From contig OX597826.1 in the NCBI GenBank assembly GCA_951406725.2, positions 81,964,001 through 82,028,000 of the forward strand: DNA of 64,000 bases, written 5' to 3'. Shown here piece by piece: positions 52,482 through 64,000 of the stretch; within the stretch, counting starts at the first letter, position 1, and the number at the start of each line of letters is the position of its first letter. The notes beneath the pieces were generated by a model, which saw only the letters and a list, made by a program, of their open reading frames with translations, was not told the DNA's origin and ran no database searches. The DNA is from Octopus vulgaris. Its lineage: Eukaryota. The position numbers and the translations under genes were made by a program.

Positions 52482-52706
52482 AGGCGGCGAGCTGGCAGAA
52501 ACGTTAGCGCGGCGGGCAAAATGCTTAGCGGTATTTCGTCTGTCGTTACGTTCTGAGTTCAAATTCTGCCGAGATCGATTCTACCTTTCAGCCTTTCGGG
52601 GTCGATAAATAAAGTACCAGTTTCGCACTGGAGTCGATGTAATCGACTTAATCCCTTTGTCTGTCCTTGTTTGTCCCCTTTACGTTTAGCTCATTGTGGG
52701 CAATAA
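52482..52706 (+). mobile_element. SINE family B, single-unit copy
   Basis: aggcggcgagctggcagaaacgttagc head plus one body unit. Confidence 0.9.
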
Positions 52707-53316
52707 ATACATATATTAAAACGCCTTCCCTTCTCTCTCCCTCTCTCTCTCGTGCATATGTGTGGTATGTGTGTATGTGTGTGTGTGTATATTTGTATCA
52801 ATACACTCCTTCCGGTTCCTCCTCTCACTCGTTTCGTAAAGTATCATTGAAGCCGTCTAGAAAGTCAATCATTACAATTATTTTGACAATTATTGTTTTT
52901 TTGGCGTTATGAAACGATTCTCATCATTTTTATTGCATTTCAGACATAATATACGGCACGTTGTATGTCCATATATGGCTAAAGTTATTACTATTTAGTA
53001 AAAAAAAAAAAAATACACAAAAAAAAAGATGCAAAAAGGAAGTATATTCTGCATAATTTACTAAGCAAGAATTAATCAGCTGCATTCGTTTTGATAAAAT
53101 GCGTAATGAGAAATTGCTTCACTTTGATGCATTGTGAAAGCATTTGAGTAATCACCGAATATTGGAGGTTGAGTGCGGAATGTAATGAAAGACTGAGACG
53201 ACAGCAAAGAAGGAATTACGCAAGAAACATTGGTAAGTTATAGGACAAAACTGGAACAGAGAAGTGAAATATATATTGCATCTTTAAGACTGAATGCCGA
53301 GATATTTGTGCATGTA

Positions 53317-53385
<69 letters not shown>

Positions 53386-53565
53386 CACACATACACACAC
53401 TTATAATGAATGGCTTACTTGAGATAGATTTAGCGTAGCATTCTCTGCATGCGTATGTATGTGGGTAAACGTTTATGCCCACATACACACACGCACATAT
53501 ACACACACATATACACATATTGATTTTGTTTTCTTTTGCAGATATTTATATTCGAATAAATTAAA

Positions 53566-54015
53566 ATGCGTGACCTATAATATAATTTTCAAAGAGGGGA
53601 AATTATTGGGGCGCTGTTCATTGGAGTTCCACTCACTAAAACTGCTGAATTGCTCTATGTTTCGAAAAACCCAGGTTTTAAAATCCTGTTGGTATCCCCA
53701 AACGAACGCGAAACCAGCCCCAAGCGGCACCATTGGGAGCAAACGGCAATGTTCACAGGGAGGTGCCGCTATGGAGCAAGCCATTTTCTCTCATGAGTCC
53801 TCATTCACCTTTTTTCCAAGTCCAGGAAGAGTTTATGATGGAGAAAATACAAAGAAGCGCTGCTCCCTAACTGTTTGGTCCCTAACTTGAACATGGCGGT
53901 GACTGTAGTGATTTGGACAGCCATATCTTGACACTAGAGATTCTTTATGGCAGTTTTAGCGTTCAGGACTATTTATGGCACAAATATTTTTCCTTGATAG
54001 CATCGCATTCTTCCA
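53566..54015 (+). pseudogene. Tc1-like transposase remnant, internally deleted
   Basis: MRDL*YNFQRGEIIGALFIGVPLTKTAELLYVSK (HTH-like); QAIFSHESSFTFFPSPGRVY (FSDES-like); EHGG/VVIWTAIS. Confidence 0.78.
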
Positions 54016-54876
54016 TCATCCCATCCAAATCTTGATTAAGATAGCTTATGTACCAGATACACCACATACTTCCCGGACATGGCTATTCATTACTCTATCA
54101 TCCCAATTAAACCTTGAATATTTGACTAAGATATCTCATACAAAAGGTCTGCTGTTGACAGATATGCATACTATGAGGTCTATTTTTGATATTAATGAGA
54201 CCTCGTGGGTGATCCAAAGTCGATGATAAAGATTCCAACAAGATTGACCTTTGTGTGTGTGCGTTTGAGTGTGTGTATGTGTGTGTGTGTGTGTGTTTTG
54301 CTCGTGTAAGTTCGTATATTTCAAGGCGGCATGACTGGAATGGTCGATGCAGGTAGAAGGTAAAATATTCTTTAATTGCTAAGACGACGAATGGTGAAAA
54401 TGACGAACTCTAATAGATATAAATTTAATCCATATCATTCATAACATACGCGCGCACACACACACACAGAGAAACACACCTACTCCCATCCACACGCACA
54501 CATACAGGTACACACAGGTACACACACGTACACACACGTTTCTTCGGAGGAAGTTAATTGGTAGAGTTGGTAGATTTTCGGGTGGATGGAATAGAATTAA
54601 TCGAAGATGGTGGAGTGGCGGAACCCACAGAATGTCAGATCTGATACCTTACGGTATTTGTTACCGCTATTCCTTTTCCGTGTTCGAATTCTACCTTGGC
54701 CGGCTTCGGTGATAGATATAACATGTCGTCCGACCTCAGACCGCCACTTGGTATCATTGGTGCCTCCATTAAAGAACACTGCAAGCTTTCTGGCCTGGTT
54801 TATGGTTTCAAAACTCTTTCTTTCTTTTCCAAGAGATCCACAAACTCTCTATCAAGCTTTCCCACCTGAATAAGAG

Positions 54877-54966
<90 letters not shown>

Positions 54967-55190
54967 TGTACGTATGGGAGCAATGAATGACGTCACCGAA
55001 TCGATGGACGTCTGTGTTTCTACGTCTTTATGATTCTACTTCCAGCCGTCCACAAAGGACTGACTATTCTTATATACAAACAGCAAATGGTACATTTGTT
55101 CTGACGAGCAAACCGCGCTCAATTAATTAAGAGGCACATGAAGCAGCGTTTATTGATATAATGATATACATACATACATACATACATACA

Positions 55191-55249
<59 letters not shown>

Positions 55250-55775
55250 GTATGTATGCATTTATATGCGTATTGAGTGTATGTATGGAGAGTAGGCGAA
55301 AGAAAGAGAAGGAGAGAGAGAGAGAAGTTGAGAACTACATTCGAATATGAAGCAGAGAATATTAAACTATGATTAAAAGTAGCCACCGATATTTGATAGA
55401 CGAGAATTATAATATATTAAACATAGAAAATATGGCTGAGCAGTTAACGTGTTTTAGCGGAATATAAAATATCTTGAAATTTCCCCTGAGGATATTTTAC
55501 AAGTTTTGTCGGATTTCTTTTGCGGACTTCACTTCTTTAGATACTACAATGCGCAATAGAGATGAAGGCAGTCTTGGTTTAATTCATATCAGATGAATGT
55601 GTTATGTTCTTTAAAGTTCAATCACAACAACTGTAAAATATTTAATACACAATGAAATGCTTTATTTTGAAAGTTTCATGTAGAGTTAATCTTTGTTGTA
55701 TACTGCACACACACAATTGTGTGTGTGTGTGTACGAGCGTGTATGTATATCTGTATGTATATGTTTGAATACGTA

Positions 55776-55823
<48 letters not shown>

Positions 55824-55899
55824 CGCACATACAGAGTCACAAAAGGAATGAATGAATATAAGATATATAGATAAATCTATGGATAAATAAATAGCTAGG

Positions 55900-55962
<63 letters not shown>

Positions 55963-55975
55963 GTAGGTAGGTAGG

Positions 55976-56043
<68 letters not shown>

Positions 56044-56519
56044 CAGACAGATAGATAAATTTGTTGCAAGTATATTTTTCAATCATTTTCGACCTTACTG
56101 AATTATATTGTTGTGTCGTTTTAATTGTTGTTGTTATTCAGATTCTGGTTTCATCTTTTTCCACTTCTGATCACCCAACTCTACTCGAACACGATATATG
56201 TGCACTTATGTGTGTGTGTGTGTGTGTGTGTGAGTGTCAGTGTGCGTGCGTGTGTTTGCGTGCATGCGTGTATGCCACTCACAGACATGTGCCAGCGTCC
56301 GGCATGAGGTGTGCTGCCCTCTCTCTGCCTTTCTACCGCTTACATTCTTACATTCTGCTTCCTACCTGCTTAATGCACTTCGTTCTGCCATTTGCTATGT
56401 TGGCCAATATCGCAAAGCATTTGGTCCGACGTCGGACGTTTATCCACCCCACCCCACCATTAGATTATAAAACGTATAGAAAATAAATGAAATTAAGAAT
56501 ATTGATTTCAAATTTTGGC

Positions 56520-56676
56520 AGAAGACCTCCATTACGTCGTCCCCCAGGGACCGGCTGGTACTTATTTTATCGTCCTCAAAAGGATGAAAAGCAATGGCGA
56601 TCTCAGCGGAATTTGAACTCAAAAACTGAAGAGTATTTCGGCTGGCTTGCTAACGATTCTGCTAGATCGCCACCTT
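56520..56676 (-). mobile_element. SINE family B, diverged
   Basis: ctggtacttatttt..aaaggatgaaa..gcggaatttgaactc..gctaacgattctgc. Confidence 0.7.
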
Positions 56677-57676
56677 AGGAATATTAAAAATGGTGAAATC
56701 TAAATCAGGCTAACACGCAATTAAAAAGCATCGTGCTAATATAATAGATGGCAATCACATGAGTAGATAAAATATTACAGCACGTGGTGAGCACGCAATA
56801 AACAGTTAATCGCCAACAGAATCAAATAGAATCTCTATGACAGGATCTCAGCTTTGTTTCTTCATTTCTTTTTTTCTAACAATATTTTTTTCCGTTCTGT
56901 TTAATTCGCAATTCAAGATTTTATTTATTCCAATTGTTGAGCGTTCAGTGTATCGTTTTCAGCTATTTATGCCCGCATATTTTATAGTTTCTTTATGAAA
57001 TTATGATGAATAACTGTCATAACATTTTTCTTTTAAAATTAAAAAAGAAAAAAAAATCAAGAAAAAAGAAGCTAACTGTGCGTAGGAGGGGAATATTAAT
57101 AATAAGAAATAAATTAACGACTAAAATTAAAGATATTTATCAAAGCAAGTAAAAATTCTCAATATTGCATTAGTGAATTAGTGTAGTGAAAAGATAGTTT
57201 TAGATGGGATTATTCCATTGAAAATCTCTCACATTTGCTCTGACCAGGAGCAGAATATCTTTTAAAACTGCAGCAACACTGCGCATCCGAGATTGATTTA
57301 TGTTTCCGAAACACTAACCAAAACACAAAAAAGGAAAAACAAAAAAAGAAAACAAAACACAAATGGCGTTAGATTTAATAAAATCTTCCACAATTTACTT
57401 GTTACCTTTCCTTCGAGATAAAACATGATTTTCTGTTTATATTCTATATTTAGTTTTTACTCATTTTCATTTGATTTTTGCGTGAGGAAGCTTTTGAGGG
57501 GAGGTGGCCATTAAATTCCTTTTAATTGTTTTCTATTCATAAGTTTATTATTTGTATTATATGTGTGTGTGTGTACATACATACATACATACATACATAT
57601 ATACATACATACATGCATATATACATACATACATACATACATACATACATACATGCATGCATGCATGCATACATAC

Positions 57677-57729
<53 letters not shown>

Positions 57730-58150
57730 TATATATATACATATTATTTTTGAATTCTCTCGAAAAACTAATAAACAACAAAAAAATCCTGCTACCAAAA
57801 ACTGTTAATGAAGCATGAAATATTTTTGGTGTCGACATTTCGTGACAATTAGTGGAAATTTTAAAATCGGTCCGGAAACAAAAGTGGTAAAGAGAAAAAA
57901 AGACAAAAAAAAACAATAAACAAGAACAAAACACACACACACACACACACACACAATGGCAGCAGATTTCTTAATTCGATAGAATTACTTGTGTTCGTTA
58001 ACGGAATTGTAACAGCAACGAAGATATCGATTATTGATTGCAACAATTTTTATCTCTTCTTCGTTCAGCCAAGATAAGCTGATGCAAGCCATAATATATT
58101 CTATCATTAGACAAGCGGACAATGTTTCGCCAGTGGGCGAAATACTACAT

Positions 58151-58185
<35 letters not shown>

Positions 58186-58229
58186 TTACTACTACTACTA
58201 CTACTACTACTATTACTACTACTACAATT

Positions 58230-58829
58230 AAAGCTGTAAAAACGTCGAACAAAATGCTTGGCGGTTATTCGTCCTGCGTTTCTTTTGGGACTGGGGTTGC
58301 TGAAATCATTAGCCCCCCCCCCGCTATCTTCAAAGTTTTAGGCCTTTGCCTATAGTGGAAAGAATTATTATTATTATTATTATTGTTATTAAGGTAGTGA
58401 GCTGGAAGATTCGTTAGCAGGCCGGGCAAAATGCTTAGTGTTCTCAGTTTAAATTCCACCGAGGTCGACTTTACCTTTCATCGATAAATCAAATACCAGT
58501 GAAGCACCGGGGTCGATGTAATCGACTAGTTCCCTTCCCCCAAATTTTGGGTCTTGTGCCTATAGTAGAAAGGATTCTTCTTCTTCTTCTGATTATTATT
58601 ATTATCATCATTATTAAGGCGGAGAGCTGGCAGACTCGTTAGCACGACGAGCGAAATGCATCGCAGCATTTCGTCCACCTTAATGTTCCGAGTTCAAATT
58701 CCGCCGAGTTTGGCTTTGCTTTTCATCATTTCGGGGTCGATGAAACAAGTACCAGTAAAACACTGGGGTCGATATAATCAACTAGCTCCCTTCCCCAAAA
58801 ATTTGCAAGAATTGTACTTAGAGAAGAAC

Positions 58830-58866
<37 letters not shown>

Positions 58867-59050
58867 TATTATTATTATTATTATTACAGCGATGAGCTTG
58901 GAGAATAGTAGACTCACCGGACAAAATGCTTCCGGATTCAAGTTCTGAGTTCAAATACATTGTTTGTCGAATTTGCCTTTCATCCTTTCGGGGTCGATAA
59001 ATTAAGTACCAGCTTAGCGCTGGGGGGGGGGGGGTCGACGTAATCGACAT
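58230..59050 (+). mobile_element. Cluster of four family-B SINE copies separated by trinucleotide tracts
   Basis: Copies at about 58230-58360, 58392-58575, 58617-58810 and 58888-59050, with (TAC)n/(TTA)n/(TAA)n spacers. Confidence 0.8.
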
Positions 59051-60295
59051 ACTATACCTTAAAATAGCTCGCTTGATGCTCAAAATTGAAACTACTATTT
59101 TATTTTTCTGTGAACAGCAATAAGATTGTGTACACCACTACCTCACACACACATATATGTGTATATATATAACCCCCCCCCACATATATATTTATATATA
59201 CAGTCTGTTTATGCATATATACAGGATGAAAAGCATATATATATCTTCTTTAATATACGTTGCCAGTGCTTACACTCTATTTACATTAGGGTCATCAATC
59301 CAATTGTTCCTCTTCGCAAACAGTAGTAGGTTTCTTCAACCGAATACACGTCGTTGATTGGTTTAAATTACCCAAATACGACAACTTTGACACGAAATAA
59401 CTTCTTTGAGTAAGAAATTATGTCAAAAGCGTTCAGAGTAAACCGTTTTCTACTTGAGAAATTCTACCAGTATTCGAAGTTGCACATTCTTAAGTTTAAA
59501 AAATTATTTAAAAATCTGTGATTGAGATGGAATAGATCCCTCCGTTCTTATAAGAGAATGTGTTGGAAAAAGATATACACTCACATACATACGTACATAC
59601 ATACATACATACATACATACATACATACATACATACATACATACATACATACATACCATCGGGTGGAAAGTTTTAAAATGTGTATTTATGTATAGAAGCA
59701 TGAGTTAAGTACTATTTCACCTTTTCCTACCACGACACACGCAGACAGAATATGAGAGAAAGAGAGAGAAAAGGAGGTAGTTTGTTAACAAGTGAAGAAA
59801 AAAAACGGTTTGTGTTGGGGTGGAATCAAAATGAGAAAGCCAAAAACAATAAATTCTTTTTGTTATCACAGGGCAACAACACTTAATCACGTGTAACGCT
59901 TTATTATAGAAAATGGCAAAAATTTGTTAAAGCTTTTTGTCTCTTTTTCTTCTTCATTTTATTATTATTTTTATTTTGTCTGTTTTTCTTTGCATTGGAA
60001 AGAAGCAGAAATAAAACGGTCGAAAAAAAGTAATAACATCAATTTTCATTATCAAACTTATCAGACCGTTTTCACTCTCCATTCCAATAAGTTACCCGAC
60101 ATAGTTCTATATTGAGTACATCGATACTGAAATGAGAGGTCAGAACAACACAATCAAGTGTGCACACGCACACACGCAAAACACATACACACACACACAA
60201 CAAACACACACCAACACAACACACACACACACACGCTCATTCGAATAGAAATGTTTCGAATAAAATGAACACAGGCCTGCGAAAATGTATCCATG

Positions 60296-60335
<40 letters not shown>

Positions 60336-60394
60336 TTAAATATATATTTATATATATACAAAAACCAATATTATATTATATTCCAATAGTTCTA

Positions 60395-60425
<31 letters not shown>

Positions 60426-60502
60426 CTACAAAATTAGAGAATGGATACTTAAATCAGTAAAACATCAACTATCCGATGATACTCTGGTGGGTTGAATTTT
60501 CA

Positions 60503-60553
<51 letters not shown>

Positions 60554-60971
60554 TATACATATATATATACATATATATACATATATATAAATATATACAT
60601 ATGTATATATATATACATACATACATATACATACATATATATACATACATATGCATACATACATGTATATATGTGGCCATCTATCTATCTATCTATCTAT
60701 ATATATATATATATATATATATATTGTATGTGCACACATATGCAGATAGGCTTGTGTGTGTGAGTGTCCGTGTAATTGTGTGTGTGTGACGTGAGAGTAA
60801 GTGAGAGAGGAGGTGGCTATGATTGAAATTTACGTAACTAAATACTGAATATATTCACGCTGTTTCATACTTACAAACTATTACCTCGGCTTCCTTTTCC
60901 GTTTCATTCTTAGATATCCTTTCACTCCCGCAATGTCTCTCGTTCCCGTCTCTCTCACTTTCTCTTGTTTG

Positions 60972-61036
<65 letters not shown>

Positions 61037-61048
61037 TATATATATACC

Positions 61049-61103
<55 letters not shown>

Positions 61104-61105
<2 letters not shown>

Positions 61106-61288
61106 CGGGAAGGTTTACGAAAATAAACAAAAGACGAAGGCAGGTGGAGTCCAAACAAACAAATGTATTAGTATGGCGCTCAGGAATAGAAATAGAACAA
61201 GTCTTTTACGTTTCGAGCCTACGCTCTTCGACAGAAAGATACACAGAAAAAAACAAGGAGAGAAAAAAATGCGTGTAGGAGCTAACGA

Positions 61289-61290
<2 letters not shown>
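61104..61290 (-). mobile_element. Penelope-like pLTR fragment (family P1) with an HHR-like motif at 61203-61238
   Basis: Minus strand cttt-CTGTCGAA-gagc gtag gctc-GAAA-cg-TA-aaag; (TA)n on both sides. Confidence 0.7.
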
Positions 61291-61319
<29 letters not shown>

Positions 61320-61546
61320 TCTCTCTCTCTCAATATATATATATACCTATATATATATATATATATACCTCTCTCTCTCAATATATATATATATACCTAT
61401 ATATATATATATATACCTCTCTCTCTCAATATATATATATACCTATATATATATATATATACCTCTCTCTCAATATATATATATATACCTATATATATAT
61501 ATACCTCTCTCTCTCTATATATATATATACCTATACATATATATAC

Positions 61547-61577
<31 letters not shown>

Positions 61578-61590
61578 CCTATATATATAC

Positions 61591-61660
<70 letters not shown>

Positions 61661-61721
61661 CTCTCTATATATATATATATACCTATATATACATATATAG
61701 GTATATATATATATATATATA

Positions 61722-62099
61722 CGGGGTACTAAAAATAAACCGGAGTTTTGCAACATTATTTTACTCCCTTAGCTTTACATGTTGGCACTTTTATCGCCTT
61801 CAAATTATTCTCCATTTGCAGCACTGTATCGGCCCAGACGCGGTTTCCGCTGTTCGAACCCGTCCTGGAACTTTTGTGAAGTGATGCCGTTTAACGCCTC
61901 CCTCGTTTTTACCTTCACCTCTTCCACATCTGCAAAATGTTTTCATTTAAAGACTTTTTTCATTCAGAGTAACAAAAAGAAGTTGCAGGGGGCAAAATCG
62001 GTGGAATAGGGGGAGTGTGGGTAAGCGTGGTCATACTAACTTTCACAAAAGCTGTCTCACACTCAAGGTAGTGTTCGCAGGCGTATCGTCGTAATGAAA
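61722..62099 (-). pseudogene. Mariner transposase 3' remnant with right end
   Basis: Minus strand FHYDDTPANT../PPYSTDFAPCNFFLL..KHFADVEEVK..NGE*FEGD (HDNA, YSPDLAP and GEYF-like motifs); end TA|CGGGGT. Confidence 0.85.
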
Positions 62100-62154
62100 C
62101 TATATCTATGTATGTATGTATGTATGTATGTATGTATGTATGTATGTATCTATA

Positions 62155-62360
62155 TGTCTGTGTTTGACCCTCCCACCACCACCATTACTTGACAACCGAT
62201 GTTGGAGTGTTTACGTCCTCGTAATTTAGCAGTTCGGCAAAACAGGCCGATAGAGTAAGTACTGGGCTTACAAAGAATAAGTTCTCGGATCGATTTGTTC
62301 GACTAAAGGCGGTGCTTCAGCATGGCCACAATCAAATGACCGAAACAAATAAAAGAATAT
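62155..62360 (+). mobile_element. SINE family A, 3' half
   Basis: ttgacaaccgatgttggagtgtttacgtc..gactaaaggcggtgct..tgaccgaaacaa. Confidence 0.82.
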
Positions 62361-62928
62361 ATGTATATTCTCAACTAGCTTCCCTTTAAAGCTTTGATTA
62401 AATTAAATCCATGTTTAACTGATGGGATTTCAGTTTTAGCGTCGCTGGCGATCACAGTTTTTCCCTTTGGTAAGGGAGTCGTCAGCAAATTCTCTCCAAA
62501 TTACCCAAAGAAGACTTGCTTTGTTGCCTTCTTGTCCATTTTAAACAATATCGAGAGAACCTGTTAGGGGCAGAATACAGTAAAGAGAGGGGATGGGAGA
62601 AGGAGAGCTGAATTGAGGGGGGGGAGGAAAAAACGAATTTTCGCTCTTCTTTAATTCTATAAATAGATCACACAAAAATAAAATTACGAGAGAAGTAAGG
62701 AACAATCTAGATTTCCCCACTCGTATACGTACTTCATATACAATTGATCAAATGGAGAAGGTTAAAAACAATATTTAGTCTCCCATAATAAGAATAAGAT
62801 TATCTTTTTCGAGAAAATTGCCTGAATAAATTTATGAAAGGAAGGTAATCCCGTATCCATTTCTTTCTTTTCCAGTCTGTTCGACTCTCATACGGAAGGA
62901 ACTTAAAATTTAATCTGCCTCTTTTTAC

Positions 62929-63014
<86 letters not shown>

Positions 63015-63032
63015 ATATAAATGTATATATAA

Positions 63033-63104
<72 letters not shown>

Positions 63105-64000
63105 TTTTTTTATATATGTATATATATATATATATATTTATTTATATGTGTACGCGTGTACAGATGTATTTCCATCATGAGAGAGAGAGTGATGCAAGTT
63201 ATGCCATAAATCTCTGAAACGTGTGACAGACGAATCCGATAAAACTGACACTCAATTTAGAAAGCTAATTTTAACAATATATACGACGACATGTTTTACT
63301 CGAAACGTGCTCTGTTGATACTACGACTGAGATTTTTTTTTGAAGTTGTTTGTTTTAGTTCCTTAGCTGGAGCAATACGGTTTCTCGGTTCAGTATAGCT
63401 TCGATTCGTGACAAACTCCATCTCAGCTTCCGAATTAAATAATAACAGTGGATTATTGCTGTTGTATTTTGTATTTAAACAACAAGGTATCATGGGAAAG
63501 ATATTGTAACAGAAAAAAAATTACAATCTTCCGATTTTTAATTGTTTTATCATCTGACTCTTAATTCGTTTCAGAACGTAGGTTGTTTTGGGATTTACAG
63601 TTTGCCGTTAATTTACCATCTCTACGTAACAGAGATTTGTAGAGAATCGAGTCCAGTAGTTTTTCTGTGTAGAGATCTCTTGTGTTCTCGATTACGATAT
63701 GCTCTGATGGCTCATCGTCGTCAATGAATGGTCAGCTGATCTGAAAGTCACGCAATTACGTGTCCGATATAATAGGCTGAGTCATTACTTTTACAACTTC
63801 CATGCTTACACTACCATTTGTGATGTTTTGCGCGAGAATCGGCATTCTAGAATAAGATGCTTTGATAGTATTCTTTAAGATCATAAAATACCTTCGTTCG
63901 GACAAAAAAATATTAGTTGATTCAAGAAAAGACAATTTTGGTCGTTGGTAATTGTTACTACCGCTTGCATGTTAAACGTTGTCGTTCTTATTGTTATGTT

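Noticed and set aside
54020-54235. Minus-strand mariner-like peptide (RLWITHEVS)
   Set aside because: Similarity too weak to call by eye

Overview
AT-rich, microsatellite-saturated, non-coding eukaryotic DNA. The SINE types and repeat texture suggest an octopus/cephalopod intron or intergenic region (inference). I cannot support any host protein-coding gene: nearly all listed ORFs are translations of (TA)n, (CA)n, (TACA)n, (GA)n or (TATC)n tracts, or of SINEs. Recognisable content: at least five SINE types; decayed transposon coding remnants (two Penelope-like GIY-YIG fragments, a Tx1/L1-like zinc-finger fragment, an RTE 3' end, Tc1 and mariner transposases, a mariner MITE); a complete non-autonomous Helitron; and a probable false duplication near 43-47 kb. 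The main hidden signal is a dense set of type-I hammerhead ribozyme (HHR) motifs from several unrelated Penelope-like or retrozyme-like repeat families. Most sit between (TA)n tracts and many are folded back into inverted repeats. They include one fully canonical HHR with a bulged helix I (46308-46370), an identical inverted pair (20910-20960 and 23378-23428), an inverted pair near the centre of a 1.16-kb palindrome (36173-37333), and recurrent non-canonical cores (CUGU.., CCGA..). All folds and translations were done by eye and none is experimentally or computationally verified.
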